DNA of 59,090 nucleotides from a bacterium (GTDB lineage: Bacteria; Ratteibacteria; UBA8468; B48-G9; DTJG01), in assembly GCA_029552985.1 (NCBI GenBank), contig JAKPDB010000121.1, positions 1-59,090 on the forward strand. Direction: 5' to 3'. Position numbers and translations under genes: made by a program. This document shows, one piece after another, positions 46,166 through 54,074 of the stretch; the first letter of the stretch is position 1; every line of letters starts with the position of its first letter. The notes below the pieces were generated by a model. The model saw only the letters and a list, made by a program, of their open reading frames with translations. It was not told where the DNA came from and searched no databases.

Positions 46166-46874
46166 AAAATCTCACAAAACATTGCTGAAAAAAATGTGAA
46201 ATATCCCTGCACAGATTGTCAAGTTCTTCTTTTGAAAATAGTTTTCCGCCATCAAAATTCTTTTTTACCCCTATATTTCTATACTGTTGAAGAACAAATT
46301 TTTTCGCCCCATTTAAATGTTCTGCAATTTTTTTTATGTCTTCTGATGAATGCAAATTGCGAACAACAGTGGTCCTGAATTCATAATCAATATCTGAATT
46401 CATTAAAATTTCTATTGAACGAACTATTTTTTCAAGTATTTCATCAGTGATTCTTATTCCGCTTGCTTTTGAATATGCCTCTGTGTTCAATGCATTTTTT
46501 ACATCCATTGCAACGCTATCAACCATTTTCGTATCTATCAAAAACTTCAGTTTCTCTGGAAAGGTTCCATTGGTATCAATCTTTATCCCCAGCCCCATTG
46601 TTTTCACTTCTTTAACCAGTTCAAAAAGAAAATCTGAAACAAAGGGTTCTCCGCCTGTAATCACAATACCATCAAGGAAATCCTTGTTTTCATCAAGATA
46701 ACTCTTGATAGATTGCCAATCAATATCTTCAAGCCCATCATAATTTTGTACCAATTCCCAGTTCTGACAGAAAGGGCATCTCATATTGCATCGCGGCAGA
46801 AAAATTACAGAAGAAACCTTTGAATCCCAGTCACAAAAGGAGTTTTTCACCCAGCCCTTAATTGAATATTTCAT
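46158..46874 (-). CDS. Radical SAM activase (anaerobic ribonucleoside-triphosphate reductase activating protein-like)
   Basis: CNMRCPFCQN, VITGGEP, KIDTNG, VAMDVK, YEFRTT. Confidence 0.85.
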   Translation of the reverse strand: MKYSIKGWVKNSFCDWDSKVSSVIFLPRCNMRCPFCQNWELVQNYDGLEDIDWQSIKSYLDENKDFLDGIVITGGEPFVSDFLFELVKEVKTMGLGIKIDTNGTFPEKLKFLIDTKMVDSVAMDVKNALNTEAYSKASGIRITDEILEKIVRSIEILMNSDIDYEFRTTVVRNLHSSEDIKKIAEHLNGAKKFVLQQYRNIGVKKNFDGGKLFSKEELDNLCRDISHFFQQCFVRFYD

Positions 46875-46886
46875 TTGAGAAGAGAG

Positions 46887-47135
46887 TTAAAATTTTTCTT
46901 TTTTGTATATAATCCGAAGATGGTAAAATATCTGTGAGGAAACATTTCTGGGAACTTTACAGTGCCTCTGTTTATAGTATGTGCGGGACAGGGAAACCGT
47001 CTTTTCCATTGTATGAAAAAGAGCCAGACATCTGGCACATAATGAAAGATGTTCTTCCAGATCATCGATAAGCATCTGGTCCAGCTCTTTGTCAAGATAT
47101 AATGAAATCAATTCAAGATATTTCTCACACTTCAT
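46887..47135 (-). CDS. Soluble zinc-finger (zf-HC2/ZAS) anti-sigma factor
   Basis: C3...H29xxxC33xxC36; YLDKEL; no TM segment. Confidence 0.85.
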   Translation of the reverse strand: MKCEKYLELISLYLDKELDQMLIDDLEEHLSLCARCLALFHTMEKTVSLSRTYYKQRHCKVPRNVSSQIFYHLRIIYKKEKF

Positions 47136-47752
47136 AATTTTGCTCCATGTCCAGCATGCGATTGAAAATATTGAGACAGTTTATCCCGTAAAAACATCCT
47201 GCTTCTATGAATTCTTGACTTCACTGCAGGCACTGATAGATCAAGCATTTTGCTGATTTCCTCTGTAGAAAAACCTTCAATATCGTGGAGCACAAAAATT
47301 GTTTTGTATTTGCCGGGAAGCGCATCTACTGACTTTTCGAGTAATATTTTAAGTTCTTCATTTTTCAGATGAGCTCTGGGATCATTTGACCAGTCAGGTA
47401 CATCAGTAAAATTCTTTTGTTCAGAGGCATCTCTGTCTGATTCAAATCTGACAAGAGGAATTTTTTTCTTTCTCATTTTCATGAAAGCATTGTTTGTGGC
47501 AATCCTATATAACCACGTTGAAAATGCAGATTTACCTTCAAACTTTGGAAGTGCATAGTATGCATTGATGAAAGTCTCCTGTAGAAGGTCAGCAGCGTCT
47601 TCTTTGTTTCCAAGAAGTTTCAGACCAAGATTGTAAATACGTGCCTGATTTCTTTTGACCAATTCCTCAAATGCAGCATGGTCTTTATTCTTTGCCCTTT
47701 CAATTAATTCATTTTCTTTTAATACCGCAAGTGCTTTTGATTTTTGTTCCAT
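47132..47752 (-). CDS. ECF RNA polymerase sigma factor
   Basis: DAADLLQETF, FSTWLYRIATN, EEISKMLDLSVPAVKSRIHRSR. Confidence 0.93.
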   Translation of the reverse strand: MEQKSKALAVLKENELIERAKNKDHAAFEELVKRNQARIYNLGLKLLGNKEDAADLLQETFINAYYALPKFEGKSAFSTWLYRIATNNAFMKMRKKKIPLVRFESDRDASEQKNFTDVPDWSNDPRAHLKNEELKILLEKSVDALPGKYKTIFVLHDIEGFSTEEISKMLDLSVPAVKSRIHRSRMFLRDKLSQYFQSHAGHGAKL

Positions 47753-47758
47753 ATTTTT

Positions 47759-47767
47759 ATTATACCA
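47759..47767 (-). promoter_or_regulatory. Extended -10 element implying a leaderless ECF sigma transcript
   Basis: TGGTATAAT ends 6 nt before the ATG at 47752; no SD. Confidence 0.55.
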
Positions 47768-47790
47768 GATTATCCTGACTCACAACAATT

Positions 47791-48546
47791 TTATCTCCCG
47801 AAAACAACAGCAAGTCCTGCCATCAGAAGAATCACCGAAAATATTTTTCTCAATTTTCGAGTGGATGTTTTCACGCTGACTTTTGCGCCTGCAACGGCAG
47901 TAAAAATAGCCACAAGGCCTATTATTGCCCCTGTTTGAACATCAACAAGTCCATGATAAAAATATCCTGCCACGCCTGAAAGAGAATTAAACACCACCAC
48001 CGATAACGTTGTACCAATACAAATGTTCATTGGCACACCCACACACAAATGTAAAAGTGGCACCAAAACAATTGCGCCTCCGACTCCGCCCATACCTGAT
48101 ATCACTCCACCTGTAAATCCGATCAATATCAATTTTACCGGTGAAAGGTCAATATGCGCACGGCAACTTTCAACGTGATTCTTTCTGTCCCTCCACATAT
48201 TGAAAGAAAGAACAATGGTCAAGCATATAAAGAAAATTTTCACCGCAATATCTGGCAATTTTGCAGTAATCGCGCTTCCAACCTGCGCACCGATAATACC
48301 AGAAACGATTAACAACACTGCCATCTTAAAATTTATCTGTCTAGCCTTCATATGGGCAAGAAAAGCAGAAACAGATGAAATAAATATCACCAGCAAACTT
48401 GTTCCGATTGCCTTTTTTATAGAGAAACCAAACAAAAAATAAAATACCGGCACATAAATAGTACCTCCACCCATACCTGTTAAACCGCAGATAAAACCTG
48501 CGATCAAACCGGTGAACAAAGATTCAATGATATGAATTGGTGTCAT
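47791..48546 (-). CDS. Sulfite exporter TauE/SafE family protein
   Basis: Duplicated GLTGMGGG / GMGGVGG..VPLL halves, AIGTSL. Confidence 0.9.
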   Translation of the reverse strand: MTPIHIIESLFTGLIAGFICGLTGMGGGTIYVPVFYFLFGFSIKKAIGTSLLVIFISSVSAFLAHMKARQINFKMAVLLIVSGIIGAQVGSAITAKLPDIAVKIFFICLTIVLSFNMWRDRKNHVESCRAHIDLSPVKLILIGFTGGVISGMGGVGGAIVLVPLLHLCVGVPMNICIGTTLSVVVFNSLSGVAGYFYHGLVDVQTGAIIGLVAIFTAVAGAKVSVKTSTRKLRKIFSVILLMAGLAVVFGR

Positions 48547-48551
48547 CAGGA

Positions 48552-49418
48552 TTAATATTTAATCGGTTCGCGCCATAAAAACAATTCAAGGGTATTATTG
48601 TCAACAGGACATGGTCCTGTTGGGGTAACCCAGGTATGATTTGGCCATGTGCCACAGTCAAATTTGGCGCCCTGGCGGGCAAGTTCAACAGGACAGGCAT
48701 GATAAAGATTGTGGTATCCCTCATATGTCTGGCAGCCATCTGAGGTACGACCACACTTTTCACATACAAGTTTAGGAACAATTCCAGCTCCGTATTTTGT
48801 AAAATATCCTGCAAACTTCACCTTTCCGCCACAACTAATACAAGTATAACCTTCAAATTTTGTAAAGTTCATTTTCACAAATTTTGCAGCTCTCACATTG
48901 TTTCCAAATTCATCTTTATAAGCAACAGGAAGAATAATCATCTTTGGCAGTGTAAAATTATGCCGTTCAATCTGTTCATAAAATTTCAGTAACCCATCTC
49001 TTACACGGGGCGCAAACTTTGTCTGATCTATTTCCTGTCCCATGTGAACAGATGAACTCATAATGACCAGGATACTTGCAGCCGCAACAAATCCATTAAT
49101 ACTGCCAAATAAACCGCCAAAAATCCTATCAATGGCTGGCTTGATTTCAACCTTTTTTCTCATTGCTTCAAGTAACAGGATAAATGTTAGAGCAAACACA
49201 ATGCTGCTGAGGACAAAAAAGATTAGGTCAACAGGAGTTCCTGTGATACCGAACTTTGCAAATAGTTTAACTGGAGCTGGATAAACAAATGAACCGACAA
49301 AAATACCAAAAGCAATACCGCAGATATCAATCAGGGTACCAAGGAATCCTCTGCCTGCTCCTCCCAGGATTCCACCGAGAAAAAACATTATTACTATTAA
49401 ATCAAGTCCGCCAAACAT
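48552..49418 (-). CDS. CvpA family membrane protein fused to a Cys-rich C-terminal domain
   Basis: N-terminal CvpA pattern (LDL...G..RGF...DRIFGGLFG) followed by CISC...CEKC...GCQ...CP...DCG...CP. Confidence 0.75.
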   Translation of the reverse strand: MFGGLDLIVIMFFLGGILGGAGRGFLGTLIDICGIAFGIFVGSFVYPAPVKLFAKFGITGTPVDLIFFVLSSIVFALTFILLLEAMRKKVEIKPAIDRIFGGLFGSINGFVAAASILVIMSSSVHMGQEIDQTKFAPRVRDGLLKFYEQIERHNFTLPKMIILPVAYKDEFGNNVRAAKFVKMNFTKFEGYTCISCGGKVKFAGYFTKYGAGIVPKLVCEKCGRTSDGCQTYEGYHNLYHACPVELARQGAKFDCGTWPNHTWVTPTGPCPVDNNTLELFLWREPIKY

Positions 49419-49424
49419 AAAATT

Positions 49425-49433
49425 ATGATAACA
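49425..49433 (-). promoter_or_regulatory. Extended -10 element implying a leaderless CvpA transcript
   Basis: TGTTATCAT ends 6 nt before the ATG at 49418; no SD. Confidence 0.45.
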
Positions 49434-49469
49434 TTTTTACAGGAAGGAGGAAACCGAACGAAAATTTCA

Positions 49470-49853
49470 TCAAGGTTGTGCTTGTTTAAAATTGTTTATT
49501 TTTTTGAAACCAACTTTCCGGTATTCCAGTCGAATCTGGTCACGACGCTGTTTCAATGCCTGATAATCCTGATTGTCTTTCAATTTTTCTTCTATCCTAT
49601 TTCTTAATTGTGCCTGCAGGGACCTTATCTGTTCAGCAAGTTGTTTGAGTTCCTGATCTTGCTGAATCACAGTTCTTTCAATGTCAAACATTTTCTTCTG
49701 TATTTCAAGCAATTCTTTTACTTTGCCTGCAAGTGCAGGGTTATCTCCAGGCGCCTGACCGGGTTCGTTCATCCGGATAACAGGCATGTCTCCACTATAA
49801 AGCAGTGTTCCCGAAAATATTGCCACAAAGAGAATGATCACGATTTTTTTCAT
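49470..49853 (-). CDS. Hypothetical secreted coiled-coil protein
   Basis: Signal peptide MKKIVIILFVAIFSG; Q/E/K-rich heptads; GGAGG SD upstream. Confidence 0.7.
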   Translation of the reverse strand: MKKIVIILFVAIFSGTLLYSGDMPVIRMNEPGQAPGDNPALAGKVKELLEIQKKMFDIERTVIQQDQELKQLAEQIRSLQAQLRNRIEEKLKDNQDYQALKQRRDQIRLEYRKVGFKKINNFKQAQP

Positions 49854-49979
49854 TGTTCCTCCGATATTAATTTATAACCTCACTGTGATGTTGTCAATTT
49901 TTAGACGGATTAATAATGAGAAATGGTTTATTCGCGTGGGCTTGATTTTCTTAAAAATTCCAGTATAATTCAATCCATT

Positions 49980-50630
49980 ATGAAGAAAAAACTTTTTATT
50001 TTTGACCTTGATGGCACACTGATGGACGCTTATCAGGCAATATGGGAAACATTATTGTATACTCTGGCATCGCTCGGGTATGGCCCTGTGGATTTTGAAA
50101 CAGCAAAAAGAGCTGTCGGACATGGAGACAAGTATTACATACCGGTGTTTTTCAAGCCAGAAGACGTAGAAAGAGCAAGAAAAATTTACAGAGAATATCA
50201 CCTAAAATCTCTGAATGGGAAGGTACATCTGTTGCCTGGTGCAAAACAACTTCTTGAAAAATTGAAAAATACCAATAGATTTATTGCAGTGGCTTCCAAT
50301 AGACCCTCTGAATCAGGTCTTCTAATTATCAAGAAACTCGGAATAGAACATTTTTTCAATTACACAATATTTGGAGATCAGGTCACCAATCAAAAACCAG
50401 ACCCAGAGATGATTATCAAAGTGCTACAATTTTTCAAGGTTGAGAAAGAAAATGCGGTATTCATCGGTGACATGGATATTGACGTTATTACAGGTAAAAA
50501 GGCAGGTATTGATACAATTATTGTAACCACAGGCTCTTCAACGTTGGACCAGATTATAGAAAGTAATCCATCTAAAATTTGCAATAATCTTTTTGAAATT
50601 GTTGATATGTTAGATAAACAACTGCTTTAA
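49980..50630 (+). CDS. HAD-superfamily hydrolase (phosphoglycolate phosphatase-like)
   Basis: FDLDGTLMD, VASN, KPDP, FIGDMDID; start ATG 49980. Confidence 0.9.
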   Translation: MKKKLFIFDLDGTLMDAYQAIWETLLYTLASLGYGPVDFETAKRAVGHGDKYYIPVFFKPEDVERARKIYREYHLKSLNGKVHLLPGAKQLLEKLKNTNRFIAVASNRPSESGLLIIKKLGIEHFFNYTIFGDQVTNQKPDPEMIIKVLQFFKVEKENAVFIGDMDIDVITGKKAGIDTIIVTTGSSTLDQIIESNPSKICNNLFEIVDMLDKQLL

Positions 50631-50632
50631 AG

Positions 50633-50704
50633 AGGCCAGGACCGGATTTGAACCGGTGAATAACGGTTTTGCAGACCGTTGCCTTGCCGCTTGGCTACCT
50701 GGCC
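50633..50704 (-). tRNA. tRNA-Cys (GCA), CCA not encoded
   Basis: GGCCAGG/CCTGGCC acceptor, ACGGT-CTGCAAA-ACCGT anticodon arm, GGTTCAAATCC, discriminator U. Confidence 0.96.
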
Positions 50705-50712
50705 ATAAAAAA

Positions 50713-50741
50713 ATTATACCCATTTTTCATTATCTGGTCAA
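50713..50741 (-). promoter_or_regulatory. Promoter of tRNA-Cys
   Basis: TTGACC-17 nt-TATAAT ending 8 nt upstream of the tRNA. Confidence 0.7.
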
Positions 50742-50749
50742 TTGAAAAA

Positions 50750-50778
50750 TTGACATTCATCGCAGGCGTATATACAAT
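50750..50778 (+). promoter_or_regulatory. Promoter of the PPIase transcript
   Basis: TTGACA-17 nt-TACAAT. Confidence 0.6.
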
Positions 50779-50824
50779 TGATATTATAAACGAAATCAGG
50801 GAAAGCATCTCTCACCTCATTTCT

Positions 50825-50929
50825 ATGTTGATGGAAATGGACAAAGTAAAGGGTGAAAAAAGGTACGTAATGGAAAAAATAGAACAATTAATAAAACTGC
50901 TTAGCAAAAGCAACTGGAGGGACAAATGA
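50825..50929 (+). CDS. Possible small amphipathic protein translationally coupled to the PPIase (start uncertain)
   Basis: MLMEMDKVKGEKRYVMEKIEQLIKLLSKSNWRDK; its TGA overlaps the PPIase ATG (ATGA); the frame is open further upstream. Confidence 0.3.
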   Translation: MLMEMDKVKGEKRYVMEKIEQLIKLLSKSNWRDK

Positions 50930-51741
50930 AAAAATTTATCATGTTGTTGTTGGTATGTCTGGTAAGTATTTCTGCTGGTGAACAAAAAAAGAGCCAGGTT
51001 GTTGCAAAAATCAGCAACAAAAGCTTTACTTTAGAGGAATTCCAAGAAAATCTTAACCAGATGCAAAGTAGATTTGCTAATTTGAATTACGATATGAAAA
51101 AGAGAATTCTTGACCAGTTTGTTAGAGAAAAACTTTTTACAACTGCAGCGAAAGATGCAGGAGTCAATCTTACTTCTGAGCAGGAAAAGTATCTTGAAAG
51201 ATCAAAAACCATGTTTCTCATTCGCAATTATATTTCAAAAATACTTTCAGAAAATCCAGTTACAGACACAGATATAAAGCAGGCGTATGAAAAAAATCCA
51301 CAGGCATATCTAACACCTGAAAGAAGGAAATTGAGGCATATCATTGTTCCAGACGAGGAAAAAGCAAAACAACTTTTAAACAAACTGAAGGAAGGCGCTG
51401 ATTTTGCGGAACTCGCCAGAGAGAACAACACAGATGCAACAAAACAGAAAGGTGGAGACCTTGGCTGGGCACAAAAAGGAATATTTGTAAAAGAGTTTGA
51501 AGATGTAGCTTTTTCTCTGAAAAAAGGGGAAACCAGTGGCATTGTAAAAACCCAGTTTGGGTATCATATTATAAGGGTTGATGATATTGAACAACCAAAA
51601 CAAAGGTCATTCAATGAGGTTCAACAGGAAATAAAAAGAAAACTTGAAGAACAAAAAATCCAACAGATTGAACAACAGTTGAAAAAGAAATACAAAGTTC
51701 AGGTGGATTACTCTGTACTGGAAGATGCTGAAAAAAAATAA
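50926..51741 (+). CDS. PpiC/parvulin-type peptidyl-prolyl isomerase (PrsA/SurA-like)
   Basis: Signal peptide; RHIIV, FAELARE, GGDLGW, FEDVAFSL, VKTQFGYHII. Confidence 0.93.
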   Translation: MKKFIMLLLVCLVSISAGEQKKSQVVAKISNKSFTLEEFQENLNQMQSRFANLNYDMKKRILDQFVREKLFTTAAKDAGVNLTSEQEKYLERSKTMFLIRNYISKILSENPVTDTDIKQAYEKNPQAYLTPERRKLRHIIVPDEEKAKQLLNKLKEGADFAELARENNTDATKQKGGDLGWAQKGIFVKEFEDVAFSLKKGETSGIVKTQFGYHIIRVDDIEQPKQRSFNEVQQEIKRKLEEQKIQQIEQQLKKKYKVQVDYSVLEDAEKK

Positions 51742-51781
51742 ATTATTATCCTAATTTTTCTGAAATCAGCATCGCATCCTA

Positions 51782-54001
51782 ATGATTTTCCTGGTATTTT
51801 TTTTCAAAGGTTTTGCAGCTTTATGTGCTCAGTCATTACTCCTGAGGGAATTTTACATTGTACTGCATGGAAATGAGTTATCATTCGGAATTGTTCTGTC
51901 AATATGGGTAATTTCTGGAGCAACAGGCAGTTTTCTGGTAGCAAAAAATGTTATAAAAAAAAATCCTTCAACATTCTATTTTCTCACCATTTTTGAAGGA
52001 TTCTGGTTATTTATAAGTTTGGCTCTAATCAGATTATGTAGAACTATTTTCCACATTTTTCCGGGGCAGATGCTCAATATTCCACAACTCATTGAGTTAA
52101 CATTGATTACAGCCGGCATATTTAATTTTTCTCAGGGCATAAGGTTTGTTATTGGTGGAAGTGTATTTCGCAGGAATATTAAAAGAGAAGAAATTGCCGG
52201 GTTACTTTATGGGTTTGAAGCAGCTGGTGCCTTAATTGGTGGCCTTGTTTTTGCGTTTTTGCTTCAAAAACATACGAATCCATTTCAAACATCTGCCATT
52301 ATTGTACTTGCAAATATGATATCAAATGTACCCCTCCTTTCATTTTTTGATAAAAAAATCATTAAAATTTCAATGGCTATTTTTTACTTTATCGTACTTT
52401 TTCTTTTTGTATATCCTGTTGGATTTTATTCAAAATTGAATATTCTCACACTAATGAAACAATGGAACATCAAAAGTCCACCTGTATTTTATAAAAATAC
52501 GCACTACGGAAACATCACTGTGATTGAAAGCGATAAAGAACTGTCTTTTATGCTGGATGGTAGTTTATTGTTCACAGCACCCTACCCTGATGTCGAATGG
52601 ATTGAAAATACTTCTCACTTTCCTCTTCTCTATGCAAAAAAAACCGAGCATATTCTTGTGATTGGAGCTGGAATAAAAGGAATCATTCCTGAAATTGTTA
52701 AATATCGGCCTAAAACTATTGACTGTGTGGAAATTAATCCTGAACTCATAAGCGTTATCAAGCAATTTTCTTCATCGTATTTTCCTGAATACCAAAGTGG
52801 GAAAATTAATGTGATAGAAGACGATGCCATTGATGTTTTTAGAAAAACAAGAAAACAATGGGATGTCATTATTCTTGACGCCGGGTTTCCCTTCTCACTG
52901 AAAATCGCAAATTTTTATACGAAGGAATTTTACAACCTTGTAAAAGCCCATCTTTCACAAGATGGCATTTTTTATACACAACTACCGGGTTCTCCTGAAT
53001 ATATGTCTGAATCGCTTGCAGACATCCACAGAATCATGTACCTGACCCTGAAAAATGTCTTTCCGTCAGTTTATGTTATCCCAGGGTATTTTACGGGTTA
53101 TTGTGCAGCAGTAAGCCCTGATATGCCTGAATTTTCGTATTCTTTTATTTCATCTCAATTAAGAAAAAAACAAATTCACACAACTGTCATCACTAATTTT
53201 TACCTTTCTAATAGGTTAGATGAAGAAAAAATTCATCATTTTCTTGAGATGATAGGCGAAAACAGGACATCTGTTAACACTCAATTAAAACCAATCATTG
53301 TGATACCTGCGATCAGGTACTGGATTTCAATGTCAGCAACTGACAAAAAATCTTTTGATAAAAATCATGATGCAAGCAGCATTATACTATCAGTTATTTT
53401 TCTTGTGAGCGCAGTGATATATATCTTGAAAAAACCAGTAAAAACCAGGGTACTCGAGCTAACAATGTTTTCAACGGGTTTTCTATCCATTGCGTGGGAA
53501 CTGATTTACCTTTTCCTGTTTCAGGTAAATTATGGTTCAGTATATTTCTATTTGAGTATACTGACAGGAATTTTCATGGGCGGAATGGCAGCAGGAAGCG
53601 TGATTTTTTCAATTCATGTCAAAAAATTGAAAAATGCTTCAAGAAATCTTTTTCTATGGCAGATGATACAGATAATTTTTTCTATCGCAGGTATTGGTCT
53701 GGCTATTTTGCTTACCAGAACATTTCTGTCTGCATTTATTTTTTTCATCGTGATGGCTGTTGCTGGATTTCTTGCTGGATGGGAATTCCCCTTGATCAAC
53801 AGTATTTATCTCACACGCGAAAAAACTATTACAGATTCCATGGGTAGATTTTATGCTGCAGATCTTATCGGTGCAACCACAGGTAGTTTACTGACAGCAA
53901 CAGTTCTTGTTCCCAATTTTGGTATTCTAACAACCTGCATGATATTTGTGGTAATCAAGATCATTATGGCTGTTTTTGTTAGGACAGTGTTTCTTAAATA
54001 A
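51782..54001 (+). CDS. Membrane protein fused to a spermidine-synthase-like class I SAM/dcSAM-binding domain
   Basis: TM block, then ILVIGAG, CVEINP, EDDAI, DVIILD, FYTKEFY, then a second TM block ending in YAADLIGA. Confidence 0.8.
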   Translation: MIFLVFFFKGFAALCAQSLLLREFYIVLHGNELSFGIVLSIWVISGATGSFLVAKNVIKKNPSTFYFLTIFEGFWLFISLALIRLCRTIFHIFPGQMLNIPQLIELTLITAGIFNFSQGIRFVIGGSVFRRNIKREEIAGLLYGFEAAGALIGGLVFAFLLQKHTNPFQTSAIIVLANMISNVPLLSFFDKKIIKISMAIFYFIVLFLFVYPVGFYSKLNILTLMKQWNIKSPPVFYKNTHYGNITVIESDKELSFMLDGSLLFTAPYPDVEWIENTSHFPLLYAKKTEHILVIGAGIKGIIPEIVKYRPKTIDCVEINPELISVIKQFSSSYFPEYQSGKINVIEDDAIDVFRKTRKQWDVIILDAGFPFSLKIANFYTKEFYNLVKAHLSQDGIFYTQLPGSPEYMSESLADIHRIMYLTLKNVFPSVYVIPGYFTGYCAAVSPDMPEFSYSFISSQLRKKQIHTTVITNFYLSNRLDEEKIHHFLEMIGENRTSVNTQLKPIIVIPAIRYWISMSATDKKSFDKNHDASSIILSVIFLVSAVIYILKKPVKTRVLELTMFSTGFLSIAWELIYLFLFQVNYGSVYFYLSILTGIFMGGMAAGSVIFSIHVKKLKNASRNLFLWQMIQIIFSIAGIGLAILLTRTFLSAFIFFIVMAVAGFLAGWEFPLINSIYLTREKTITDSMGRFYAADLIGATTGSLLTATVLVPNFGILTTCMIFVVIKIIMAVFVRTVFLK

Positions 54002-54074
54002 TATGTAGTTAAAAGAATTTGACCGCTCTATTTAGTTTTCTCAAAATTATTGGGAAGTTAAGGTTTAAAGTTCT

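Noticed and set aside
48524-48814. 96-aa same-strand alternative-frame ORF inside the CvpA 3' end
   Set aside because: Fully overlaps the Cys-rich domain frame, has no SD, and CvpA reads through without a break, so no frameshift is needed.
54002-54074. Bidirectional terminator between the convergent spermidine-synthase-like gene and priA
   Set aside because: No convincing GC-rich stem with U-tracts could be identified.
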